NCBI GenBank assembly: GCA_964545065.1
Contig: CAZJEO010000002.1
Coordinates: 132,879-196,878, forward strand
DNA: 64,000 nt
Reading direction: 5' to 3'
From: Candidatus Woesearchaeota archaeon
GTDB taxonomy: Archaea; Nanobdellota; Nanobdellia; Pacearchaeales; GW2011-AR1
The notes beneath the pieces were generated by a model. That model ran no database searches. It worked only from the letters and a program-made list of their open reading frames with translations, and had not been told where the DNA came from. Every line of letters starts with the position of its first letter. Position 1 is the first letter of the stretch. Position numbers and translations under genes: made by a program. This document shows, in pieces, positions 36,844-44,837 of this stretch.

Positions 36844-37362
36844 TTATGGTCTTCTGCCTCTTCGGCCACCTTTTTTCTTTGGTCCGCCCCGAGGAAATTT
36901 AGTTGTATCAAGTATATTGATTATCTTGTACCCAGAACGTGTCAGGCTTTTGACAATCGCATGAGCTCCTGGTCCTGGAACAGCATTTCCTGTCTTTGAT
37001 CTTATTCTAACATATAAGAATCTAACTCCTAAATCCCTAATACTTTCGTCAATCCTTTTTGCAATAAACATCGCAATTGTAGGATTTGCCTTTAATCGAC
37101 CGTGTTTTGTAACCATGCCTCCAGTAACCTTTGTAATTGTTTTCCCAGACATATCAGTAACATGAACAATTGTATTATTGAAGGATGTATAAATATTGAT
37201 AACAGCTTCAACTTCTTTTTTCACAGAAGCTTTTTTCTCTGACTTTTTTTCTTTAGCTTCTGCTTTAGGTTCTTCTTTTGCTTTGCCTTCTTTAGAAGGT
37301 ATACTCTCCTTGGGCGCTTCAACTTTTTCTTTCTTAACTTCTGTTTTTTCTGTTTTATCCAT
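36844..37362 (-). CDS. rps11: 30S ribosomal protein S11 (uS11) with a Lys/Glu-rich N-terminal extension
   Basis: Core VINIYTSFNNTIVHVTDMSG...GPGAHAIVKSLTRSGYKI. The start is set at MDKTEK (ATG 37362), which overlaps the S4 stop. Confidence 0.9.
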   Translation of the reverse strand: MDKTEKTEVKKEKVEAPKESIPSKEGKAKEEPKAEAKEKKSEKKASVKKEVEAVINIYTSFNNTIVHVTDMSGKTITKVTGGMVTKHGRLKANPTIAMFIAKRIDESIRDLGVRFLYVRIRSKTGNAVPGPGAHAIVKSLTRSGYKIINILDTTKFPRGGPKKKGGRRGRRP

Positions 37363-37924
37363 TCTTAATTCCCTCTGCTTCTTCCACCTTTGCAGGAGTT
37401 TCATTTACTTCAATTGCTTTTACTTCTGTTTCTGGAATTTCTAATTCACTTTCCTCTTTTTTCCCAGCAGGTTTGTTTTTTGAAACTTTCAAAGAAATCT
37501 TATTTTCTAGCACAATCGAGACAATGTATGAGGGTCTATTAACAACTTTTCCATCGATTAAAACTTTTTTGTGAGTAATTAATTGTCTTGCGCCCTTTGA
37601 AGTAGTTGCCATTTTTTTTGCCACAAGAACACTCTGCAATCTTCTTTTTAGATAATCTTCTTTATTTAATGATAAAACATCGGCAATCGAATCAACCTTT
37701 ATCCCAATTTTCTTTAACTGGTCGAACAATGCTTCTTGCTCTTCTGGTTTAGCAGAAATAAGTTTCTTTGCTTTCTCCCTCATAGAACCAACATTTGCCT
37801 CAGCCTTCCAAATCTCCCTCTTATTTTTCAATCCAAATTCTTTTTTAATCCGTGCCTCTTCATCAATTCGTACTTTGTCAAAGGGCCTTTTTGGTTTTGA
37901 ATATGTTTTATGTTTTCGTTTCAT
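37355..37924 (-). CDS. rps4: 30S ribosomal protein S4 (uS4) with an acidic C-terminal tail
   Basis: MKRKHKTYSKPKRPFDKVRIDEEARIKKEFGLKNKREIWKAE, followed by an S4 domain. Confidence 0.9.
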   Translation of the reverse strand: MKRKHKTYSKPKRPFDKVRIDEEARIKKEFGLKNKREIWKAEANVGSMREKAKKLISAKPEEQEALFDQLKKIGIKVDSIADVLSLNKEDYLKRRLQSVLVAKKMATTSKGARQLITHKKVLIDGKVVNRPSYIVSIVLENKISLKVSKNKPAGKKEESELEIPETEVKAIEVNETPAKVEEAEGIKNG

Positions 37925-37934
37925 TTATTACTCC

Positions 37935-38414
37935 TTACTGAGAACTCTTATTTTTCTTTTTAATTCCAGCACCCTTTGCTCTATTTTTTCTAAAATTACT
38001 TCTAGTTCTTTGTCCTCTAAGAGGCAATCCAGCGCTGTGTCTGAATCCCTTGTAACTTTTAATTTTTTTCAACCGTTTTATGTCAAATTCATTTTGCAAT
38101 TCAAGATCGCTTCCTGTCAGATGTTTGTCTTCCCCAGTCTCAAAATCCTTTCTTCTATTCAAAATATAATTCGGGACTTGGGGATTTTTTGCAAACTCAG
38201 TAATTTTCTCAACTTCTTTTTCGGTCAAAGAACCGATCTTTCTTCGTTTATCAATTCCTAATATTTTGCAAGTAGCATTGGCCATACTCCATGAAAGCCC
38301 CTTAATTGTAGCCAAACCCGCATAGACTGTCATCCCTCCTTCAATATCTTTTGATAAAATCCTGACTATCCTTTCCTCATATTTCTTCTCTTCTTGTTCT
38401 TGTATTTGTTCCAT
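37935..38414 (-). CDS. rps13: 30S ribosomal protein S13 (uS13)
   Basis: RIVRILSKDIEGGMTVYAGLATIKGLSWSMANA...YKGFRHSAGLPLRGQRTRSN. The start is set at MEQIQEQ, just after the upstream stop. Confidence 0.9.
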   Translation of the reverse strand: MEQIQEQEEKKYEERIVRILSKDIEGGMTVYAGLATIKGLSWSMANATCKILGIDKRRKIGSLTEKEVEKITEFAKNPQVPNYILNRRKDFETGEDKHLTGSDLELQNEFDIKRLKKIKSYKGFRHSAGLPLRGQRTRSNFRKNRAKGAGIKKKNKSSQ

Positions 38415-38415
38415 T

Positions 38416-38952
38416 TTAATGTATGAATATATTTGTTCGCTCAAGATTTATCAATTCTGCAAATAGCCTTTTTTCAATCGCCTTCTCAGGGTCAGGCAGG
38501 TTTGGAATTCTTTTTTTCATGTCATCGAAACTCTCAAATTCCTTTTCCATTCTTTGCTTGATAATTTCTTGCATATGCTTTTTCCCAAAACTAGGGAGCA
38601 TCTCAATCTGATGTAGCCTTTTATTAATAGCTTCTGCTTTGTTGAAAAAATCCACGAATTCTTTCTCTCTTTCTTTCACAATCTTACTTATAAATTCTTC
38701 TAATTGCGCTTTCGCGGCTTCTGTTAATTTTTCTCTATGCAATCTTCCAAGAATATAATATATTTTATCCCTTTTCGCTTCTCCGATATAGGCTTCTTCT
38801 CCAACTTCTAAAGAAACGCCTCTTCGAGGAACAAGCTCAAGTAAAGTCAAATTCTTTTTTCCAATAGCTTGGGCTATTGGCATCATTTTCCTTTCTAGGG
38901 GATACCCATTCGGCAGGAAATCTAATATGATTGCGTGTTCTTCTTTTTCCAT
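38416..38952 (-). CDS. DUF655/COG1491-type predicted nucleic-acid-binding protein
   Basis: EEHAIILDFLPNGYP...LLELVPRRGVSLEVGEEAYIG pattern. Conserved archaeal neighbourhood L21e-Rpo4-DUF655. Confidence 0.65.
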   Translation of the reverse strand: MEKEEHAIILDFLPNGYPLERKMMPIAQAIGKKNLTLLELVPRRGVSLEVGEEAYIGEAKRDKIYYILGRLHREKLTEAAKAQLEEFISKIVKEREKEFVDFFNKAEAINKRLHQIEMLPSFGKKHMQEIIKQRMEKEFESFDDMKKRIPNLPDPEKAIEKRLFAELINLERTNIFIH

Positions 38953-38957
38953 TTTCT

Positions 38958-39263
38958 TTATTTCGTCTCTTTAATTGTATTAATGATTTTTTGTGCCTCG
39001 TCATCATCTAAACTCACATCCGTGAAAATTTTATTTAATTCTTCTGCATTCTCTGGCATCAAGTCAATTATCTTTGTGATATGCTCGTCTCTAACTTTCA
39101 TCATTTCCAAATTTTTCAATTTCTCTTTAAGTTTGCTCGCCTCTTCTTTTTTTATCTTGACAAACTTTTTTATGAATCCAATTACATCTATCTCTTCTGC
39201 TTCTTCCTTTTTAACATACTTAAGAGCTTCAGCCATACTTAATGGTTCTTTATTAATTATCAT
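38958..39263 (-). CDS. rpoF: RNA polymerase subunit F (Rpo4)
   Basis: Size, the acidic helical pattern (..KLKEKLKNL...KIIDLMPENAEELNKIF...DEAQKIINTIKE) and the position after L21e. Confidence 0.6.
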   Translation of the reverse strand: MIINKEPLSMAEALKYVKKEEAEEIDVIGFIKKFVKIKKEEASKLKEKLKNLEMMKVRDEHITKIIDLMPENAEELNKIFTDVSLDDDEAQKIINTIKETK

Positions 39264-39267
39264 CTTA

Positions 39268-39525
39268 TTATAGGGTCTTTATTTTTTTTAAATGTATTGG
39301 AGTAATCAGAAATCTTTTTTCCTTATTCTGATCTTTAATCTTGACCATGTATGCTTTTCCTCTTTTTCCTTCTATAACGCCTGCTCGTCCTTGAAGTCTT
39401 TCTGGAAAATTAGAATTCATAGACCATTCTCTGGCAACAGATACAGAATCTCCTTCCTTCAATTCTTGAAAGTACTTGCTAAGTTGTAGCTTTCCTCTGG
39501 TTCTGATAGATTTCTTTTTAACCAT
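39268..39525 (-). CDS. rpl21e: 50S ribosomal protein L21e
   Basis: RTRGKLQLSKYFQELKEGDSVSV...LQGRAGVIEGKRGKAYMVKI. Confidence 0.85.
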   Translation of the reverse strand: MVKKKSIRTRGKLQLSKYFQELKEGDSVSVAREWSMNSNFPERLQGRAGVIEGKRGKAYMVKIKDQNKEKRFLITPIHLKKIKTL

Positions 39526-39560
39526 ATTTCTACTGAGAAATATCTATTTAAAAAACTATC

Positions 39561-39716
39561 TTAAATCAAATCTCCTCTCTCTTTTGCAAGTTTCCAGTTC
39601 TTAATGATTGTATTAAACATTTTCTCTCCAAAAACGCTTTTTCCACACCTTTCACAAAAATCTACAACAAAACTTTCATGAAGCTCTTTTCCGCAATATA
39701 AACATTTTTTCACCAT
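39561..39716 (-). CDS. Small zinc-ribbon protein, 51 aa (not in the ORF track)
   Basis: My translation is MVKKCLYCGKELHESFVVDFCERCGKSVFGEKMFNTIIKNWKLAKERGDLI*, with CxxC...CxxC. Confidence 0.5.
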   Translation of the reverse strand: MVKKCLYCGKELHESFVVDFCERCGKSVFGEKMFNTIIKNWKLAKERGDLI

Positions 39717-39802
39717 TTTTATTTTTTATTTCCTTAAAAAAAAGAGGAATAGTTTTTAAAGATTTGGCATTTTTCAGGATTATTCATGTTGTTATTTGGG
39801 GT

Positions 39803-41008
39803 TTACTCATAACGCAAGGCATCAGCTGGTTTAAGCTTAGACGCTTGCATTGCAGGTAAAACTCCTGAGCCTGCTCCTATGATAAACGAGAATAGCAATG
39901 CTCCTATATAGATTAAAGGATTTGAGCTTGCTTGAAGAATATTTGTTCCTAGTGCTTGGGCGGCTATGAATTCTGCGCCCTTTGCCAACCCTATTCCGAT
40001 TCCTACTCCAATTGCTCCTCCAATCAATCCAAGCAACCCTGATTCTATTAGGAATAATAATAAGATGTCTGAGTTTTTTGCACCTACTGCTTTCATAGTT
40101 CCTATTTCCCTTGTTCGTTCTATAACAGACGTGTACATTGTATTCATAATTCCAATTCCTCCAACAAGCAATGAAATTGCTGCAATTCCTACAAGAACTC
40201 CTTGTACAACTGCGAAAATATTTTGGAAAGTTTCTAAGAGTTGCTCAGAAGTTTGAACAGAGAATGTTTCTTGATCTTGTTTTTCCCCTCTTGCTTGTCT
40301 TAGCTTTCTTTCAATTGTCTCGGCAACAGTTTCTGGATTAAATCCTTCTGCTGTTTTAACAATGATTTGGCTTTCTTCATCTTCAATGTCTAAAATTTCC
40401 CTTAAAGTTTCCTTGGGAACATAAAGAACTGCATCGTCCATTGGATTTCCAACTTTTTCTACTATTCCAATTACTTTGAAATCATGTCCTTCGATTTTAA
40501 GAGTTGATCCAATTTCAATTTTCTTTTCCCAAATGTCTCCATAAACATGATTGTAACCTACAACTACTTTGAATTTTTCACCTTTCTTGAAAACTCTTCC
40601 TTCTACTTCTAATTCGCCTAGTGTTAGTAATCTGTCCATGTCTTCGGGGTTTGCACCATAAGCATATCCTATATTTAATTCTCCTTTGAATTCTGCTTGC
40701 CCTTGCTTGGCTAAGTATCCTGAAGCCCATTCAACACCCCGAACATTTTCAATGGTCTTCAAATCATCACTTGTTAAAATTAAACTAGGTCCTGCTGTTC
40801 CTGGAGGTCCCATCCCTTTTGGTTGAATGATAATTTTATCTGTTCCAAGTTTTTCAAATTCTTCACTGATATAATCTTGTAATCCTTGCCCTAAAGAAAT
40901 TAAAGAAACAACTGCTGCAATTCCTATAAAAATTCCAATCATTGTTAACCAAGAACGCAACTTCCTTCTCTTTAGATTATTTAATGCTAAAGAAAAATAA
41001 TCTTTCAT
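39803..41008 (-). CDS. ABC transporter permease, MacB/FtsX type
   Basis: N-terminal TM, a periplasmic-type domain and a C-terminal FtsX domain (TREIGTMKAVGAKNSDILLLFLIESGLLG). Confidence 0.8.
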   Translation of the reverse strand: MKDYFSLALNNLKRRKLRSWLTMIGIFIGIAAVVSLISLGQGLQDYISEEFEKLGTDKIIIQPKGMGPPGTAGPSLILTSDDLKTIENVRGVEWASGYLAKQGQAEFKGELNIGYAYGANPEDMDRLLTLGELEVEGRVFKKGEKFKVVVGYNHVYGDIWEKKIEIGSTLKIEGHDFKVIGIVEKVGNPMDDAVLYVPKETLREILDIEDEESQIIVKTAEGFNPETVAETIERKLRQARGEKQDQETFSVQTSEQLLETFQNIFAVVQGVLVGIAAISLLVGGIGIMNTMYTSVIERTREIGTMKAVGAKNSDILLLFLIESGLLGLIGGAIGVGIGIGLAKGAEFIAAQALGTNILQASSNPLIYIGALLFSFIIGAGSGVLPAMQASKLKPADALRYE

Positions 41009-41059
41009 TTGATATACCTCTTATGACGAATGAATGGAAATTTCTTATTTGCTTTCATT

Positions 41060-41920
41060 TTATTTCCTCTTCTTTAATTTTCTTTTCTTAAGAATCCTGT
41101 ATCCAATGTAAACCGCAACACTAATTCCAATCCCAAAATACATAATGTAATTTGGCTTTTTGACCAACCCAAATTCTTGTGCTTCTTTTAGTGAATAAAT
41201 TCTCAAGGTAACTTCTTTTTGCTCTGTGAATTCTTTGTTTGTTGCATCTCTATATCTTAATGTTACAAGAAGTTTAATTGGATTGGGAGCGTTAGGATTT
41301 ATGTATGCCTCATATTCAACACTATCAAAATCATCACTATCAATATTTCCTATATATTGCTCTTTTTCTGATAGGAATTTTACTCCTACTATATCTGTTA
41401 CTGTTACATACGTAAATTTTATATCTGATAATCCTGAGTTAACGACTTTTATTGAAAATGTATTTTCTTGTCCTCTTATTAAAACAGAATCTTCAAAGAA
41501 AAGATTTAATTCAGGTGGAGAATTAACAACTAAGCTTATCTCTTCTTGTTTTTCGGGTTGTAATTCTCCGCTTATATTCTTATAAGTGATGATTACAGGA
41601 ATTTTGTAAATTCCAGAACTTGCTGTTGGCAAAGCAACAACATTAAAATTGAAAACTTCGTCATCTCCATCATCAAGAGATTCGAGGAACTTTTCAGAAC
41701 CAGATTGATATGGTGCAAAAGCGTCAACTTCAGATAAATCTAATTTTACATTTAAGTTTTTAATCTCTTCGCCTAATGTGTTTTCTATTTCAATAGAAAT
41801 CTTTGCTGTTTCGCCTGGCATGATTTCTACTGGTGTACTTTCAACATCTTTTATTGAAAGTGCTGAGACAAGGCTCAAACTTAAAAGGATTGCAAATATG
41901 ATGGTGATGTGTTTGTTCAT
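41060..41920 (-). CDS. Secreted/anchored beta-rich protein (COG1361 S-layer-domain-like) of the ABC operon
   Basis: Signal peptide, repeated beta-sandwich-like segments and a C-terminal TM plus KKRKLKKRK tail. Sits between the ATPase and the permease. Confidence 0.45.
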   Translation of the reverse strand: MNKHITIIFAILLSLSLVSALSIKDVESTPVEIMPGETAKISIEIENTLGEEIKNLNVKLDLSEVDAFAPYQSGSEKFLESLDDGDDEVFNFNVVALPTASSGIYKIPVIITYKNISGELQPEKQEEISLVVNSPPELNLFFEDSVLIRGQENTFSIKVVNSGLSDIKFTYVTVTDIVGVKFLSEKEQYIGNIDSDDFDSVEYEAYINPNAPNPIKLLVTLRYRDATNKEFTEQKEVTLRIYSLKEAQEFGLVKKPNYIMYFGIGISVAVYIGYRILKKRKLKKRK

Positions 41921-42603
41921 TTTATTTTCCTTTGTTCTACTATTCTTCCATCTCTTATTTTTAAAACTTTCTGTGCGTGTTTTAGAAGGTCTAAATCGTG
42001 TGTAACAATGATTATTGTTTTTCCTTTTTTATTAAATTCTGTAAAAAGTTTGATAATTTCAAGTCCTGTTTTTGTATCTAAATTTCCTGTTGGCTCATCT
42101 GCTAATATTACTTCAGGATCATTTGCTAATGCTCTTCCGATTGCTACTCTTTGTCTTTCTCCACCCGAAAGTTCATTAGGTAAATGTGTTCTTCGATGAG
42201 TTAATTTCACTTGTTCTAGAATTTTTTCTGCTCGTTCCATTCTTTCTTCTTTATTGACTCCTTGAAAAATCATTGGAAGAGCAATGTTTTCAATTGCGGT
42301 TAATGTGGGAATTAAATTAAATGATTGAAATACAAATCCTATTTTTTTGCCTCTGATTTGTGCTAGGCCAGATTCTGTCAGGTGTTCGATATTTTGTTCA
42401 TCAAGGAAAATATCTCCTTTGCTTGCGAAGTCTAGTGCTCCGACAAGATTCATCATTGTACTTTTTCCACTGCCTGAAGGACCAACTATCACAAGAAAAT
42501 CTCCTCGTTCTATTTTCAAATCAATATCAGAGAGTGCATTTACTTCACTGTCTCCCATTTCATAGATTTTGCTAATTCCTTTTAATTCTATTATTGGTTT
42601 CAT
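41917..42603 (-). CDS. ABC transporter ATP-binding protein (MacB/LolD-like)
   Basis: Walker A GPSGSGKST, signature LSGGERQRV, Walker B ILADEPTGNLD. Confidence 0.9.
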   Translation of the reverse strand: MKPIIELKGISKIYEMGDSEVNALSDIDLKIERGDFLVIVGPSGSGKSTMMNLVGALDFASKGDIFLDEQNIEHLTESGLAQIRGKKIGFVFQSFNLIPTLTAIENIALPMIFQGVNKEERMERAEKILEQVKLTHRRTHLPNELSGGERQRVAIGRALANDPEVILADEPTGNLDTKTGLEIIKLFTEFNKKGKTIIIVTHDLDLLKHAQKVLKIRDGRIVEQRKIK

Positions 42604-42684
42604 GAAATTGGGGGAGTAAGGCGCTATTTAAAGTTAATTATGCTCGTTAGCAAGTTTTATAAACAAAAAATCAGAGTTAGTTAT

Positions 42685-42882
42685 ATGATAATTCCAGTTA
42701 GATGCTTTTCATGTGGAAAACCGATTGGTCACCTGTGGGAAGAATACAAAAAACAAATAGAACAAGGGGAAAAGCCAAAAAAAGTGCTCGACGAACTTGG
42801 TCTCGAAAGACATTGTTGCAGATCGGTGTTTCTTGGACAAAAAGATTTCGTAGAACTGGTTGGTAAATTTAAGAAGAGTTAG
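42685..42882 (+). CDS. rpoN: RNA polymerase subunit N (Rpo10)
   Basis: MIIPVRCFSCGKPIGHLWEEY...LGLERHCCRSVFLG. The start is set at the internal ATG 42685. Confidence 0.9.
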   Translation: MIIPVRCFSCGKPIGHLWEEYKKQIEQGEKPKKVLDELGLERHCCRSVFLGQKDFVELVGKFKKS

Positions 42883-43132
42883 TTTTCCATTTGCTGACAT
42901 AATTACAGTTTTCACAAGTTATTGATTTCATTTTATTATGGATTCTGGTTTTAGAATTTCTGTGAGGAGAAAAACATTTTTTACAGAACTTTTTTCTTAA
43001 ACTTCCTAATGGGATATTGTATTGCATTGCTAATGTTTTTATTTTTTTGATGTCTTTTGGATTTTTGTTTTTAATATCTGCGAAGAATTTTTGAATTTGC
43101 TCTTTTGCTTGTATTTTAGAGAGTTTTTTCAT
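42869..43132 (-). CDS. rnp4: RNase P protein component 4 (Rpp21/Rpr2-like)
   Basis: Zinc ribbon CKKCFSPH...CENCNY, preceded by a basic helical N-terminus. Confidence 0.6.
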   Translation of the reverse strand: MKKLSKIQAKEQIQKFFADIKNKNPKDIKKIKTLAMQYNIPLGSLRKKFCKKCFSPHRNSKTRIHNKMKSITCENCNYVSKWKTNSS

Positions 43133-43168
43133 AATTCATTGAAAAGAAAGATAGTATATAAAATTAAA

Positions 43169-43282
43169 GAGGACAGCTTGATGCTTTGGCGCCTTGTGGG
43201 GCACTACTGACACCAACATAGGAAGCTTAACTTCTGTGTTCGGAAAGGGAACAGGTGTTTCCAACCTATTATGGCCGTCTTC
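43169..43282 (-). rRNA. rrf: 5S ribosomal RNA (isolated, not linked to 16S/23S in this window)
   Basis: The minus strand reads GAAGACGGCCATAATAGGTTGGAAACACCTGTTCCCTTTCCGAACACAGAAGTTAAGC..., which matches the conserved archaeal 5S core (CCGAACxxGAAGTTAAGC). The terminal helix is GAAGACGGC/GCTGTCCTC with G-U pairs. Ends are accurate to about 5 nt. Confidence 0.85.
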
Positions 43283-43319
43283 AAAATTACTCGGATGTTG
43301 GCGTTTATAAAACTTTTCA

Positions 43320-43403
43320 TGCGGGCAAAAGGATTCGAACCTTCGTAAGCACTAAGCTAACACGCCCTTAACGTGTCCCGTTTGACCACTCCGGCATACC
43401 CGC
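43320..43403 (-). tRNA. tRNA-Leu with apparent anticodon AAG (A34), class II
   Basis: Acceptor GCGGGTA/TGCCCGC, anticodon stem ACACG/CGTGT with loop TTAAGGG. The D-arm, variable arm and T-arm are identical to tRNA-Leu(CAA) at 35963-36046. Confidence 0.85.
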
Positions 43404-43425
43404 ATAATTTTTAGATAATTCCTCC

Positions 43426-43435
43426 ATATAAAAAG
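43426..43435 (-). promoter_or_regulatory. TATA box of the tRNA-Leu(AAG) promoter
   Basis: The minus strand reads ctttttatat, centred about 27 nt upstream of the tRNA 5' end. Confidence 0.6.
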
Positions 43436-43506
43436 TTTTATAAACTGAATCTTTCTTGAACTTTTACCTGCGAGCGCAAGCAATAGTGGGAAGTTAATAC
43501 TTCTTA

Positions 43507-43515
43507 CTATAAAAG
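43507..43515 (+). promoter_or_regulatory. Candidate TATA box for the L18e-L13-S9 operon
   Basis: ctataaaag lies about 55-60 nt upstream of the L18e ATG. Based on position only. Confidence 0.35.
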
Positions 43516-43570
43516 ACACCAAGGTTTCTTTTACTAAGCTTCCTTTAGGTTTGGGTCACGCCTGATAAAA

Positions 43571-43942
43571 ATGAAAACAAAAACATTAATAGAAAAACAA
43601 TTGAAGAGAAAAGCAAATCCAATTTTAGTTGAGACTATAATTGCTGCTAAGAAAAATGAAGGTTGGAATATTATTGCGTCTGTTCTTTCGGGTTCTAAAA
43701 AAAATAGATTGAATATTAATCTTGAAGAAATAGATAAAAAATCTGAAGATGGTGAAACTATTGTTGTTCCTGGAAAAGTTTTGAGTCAAGGTGAAATAAA
43801 TAAAAAAGTAAAAATAATTGCATTGAGTTTTTCAGAAAAAGCAAAAGAAAAACTATTAAAAGCAAAGATTGAAACTTCTAATATGCTCGAAGAAATTAAA
43901 AAAAATCCTGAGGCAAAAGGGATTAAGGTATTGAAAAAATGA
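43571..43942 (+). CDS. rpl18e: 50S ribosomal protein L18e
   Basis: NPILVETIIAAKK...VVPGKVLSQGEINKKVKIIALSFSEKAKEKL. Conserved position before L13-S9. Confidence 0.85.
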   Translation: MKTKTLIEKQLKRKANPILVETIIAAKKNEGWNIIASVLSGSKKNRLNINLEEIDKKSEDGETIVVPGKVLSQGEINKKVKIIALSFSEKAKEKLLKAKIETSNMLEEIKKNPEAKGIKVLKK

Positions 43943-44343
43943 AAATCATCGACGGAACAGGCGCTGTTTTAGGAAGACTTGCAAGCTTTGTAGCAAAGCA
44001 AGCATTGCAAGGAGAAGAATTTGTTATTTTGAATTGTGATAAAGTAATAATTACTGGAAATAAAAAAATGGTTAAGGCAGAATTTGCAGAAACAAGAACA
44101 AAAGTTGGAAGTGGACAGAAAGGTCCGAAGATTTCAAGGACAAGTGAAAAAATTGTTAAGAGATCTATACGGGGAATGTTGCCGAATCATAGAAAAGGAC
44201 GAGGAAAAGAAGTTCTTGGAAAGATTAAATGTTATTCTGGAGTTCCAAAAGAATTTGAAGAATCTAAAAAAATCTTGGCAGGAAGGGCACCGGGAATTCC
44301 AAATAAAAGTAAACTTGTTAGAGTTGAGGAATTATTCAAATGA
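43939..44343 (+). CDS. rpl13: 50S ribosomal protein L13 (uL13)
   Basis: IIDGTGAVLGRLASFVAKQAL...IRGMLPNHRKGRGKEVLGKIKCY. Confidence 0.9.
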   Translation: MKIIDGTGAVLGRLASFVAKQALQGEEFVILNCDKVIITGNKKMVKAEFAETRTKVGSGQKGPKISRTSEKIVKRSIRGMLPNHRKGRGKEVLGKIKCYSGVPKEFEESKKILAGRAPGIPNKSKLVRVEELFK

Positions 44344-44426
44344 AAACGGCTTTCTTTTTTAGAAAAAAAGAAAGTACGATAGTAGAAAAAAACTATCATA
44401 GAAAAAATTTCGGAGAAATTTTTAAA

Positions 44427-44828
44427 ATGAAAAGAATAACAGCGTCGGGAAAAAGGAAAACTTCTGTTGCTAGAGCAATTCTTACAGAAGGTACTGGAAA
44501 AATAACAATCAATAAAAAAGATTATAAAAATTTACAAATATTTGATAAATTACAAATTGAAGAACCTTTGAAAATCACTCAAGAAGTTCTTGGAAAAATA
44601 AATTTTGATGTTACAATATTTGTTAGAGGTGGTGGAGAAAAAGGGCAAATAGAAGCTGCAAGACTTGCATTGGCTAAATCAATAGTTGAATTTACAAAAT
44701 CAAAAGAATTAACAGACGCGTTCTTATCTTATGACAGAAATATGTTGATTGCCGATGTAAGAAGGAAAGAAGCTTACAAACCAGGAGATAGTAAGGCGAG
44801 AAGTAAGAGGCAGAGTTCTAAGAGATAG
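44427..44828 (+). CDS. rps9: 30S ribosomal protein S9 (uS9)
   Basis: MKRITASGKRKTSVARAIL...GGGEKGQIEAARLALAKSIVEF...KPGDSKARSKRQSSKR. An alternative upstream ATG at 44340 (ATGA overlap with L13) would add 29 aa. Confidence 0.9.
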   Translation: MKRITASGKRKTSVARAILTEGTGKITINKKDYKNLQIFDKLQIEEPLKITQEVLGKINFDVTIFVRGGGEKGQIEAARLALAKSIVEFTKSKELTDAFLSYDRNMLIADVRRKEAYKPGDSKARSKRQSSKR

Positions 44829-44837
44829 TCAGTTTTG

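Noticed and set aside
42869-42882. 14 nt convergent 3' overlap of rpoN and the Rpp21 gene as a regulatory feature.
   Set aside because: Short convergent overlaps are common in compact genomes. No associated structure was seen.
43404-43570. Possible small ncRNA (box C/D, SRP or leader) between tRNA-Leu(AAG) and L18e. The segment has a slightly GC-richer stretch cctgcgagcgcaagcaatagtggg, a short hairpin gaagt-taat-acttc, and a CTGA near 43562.
   Set aside because: No C box (RUGAUGA) or consistent C/D-C'/D' geometry, and no recognisable SRP or RNase P core. It is most simply a promoter plus 5' UTR of the r-protein operon.
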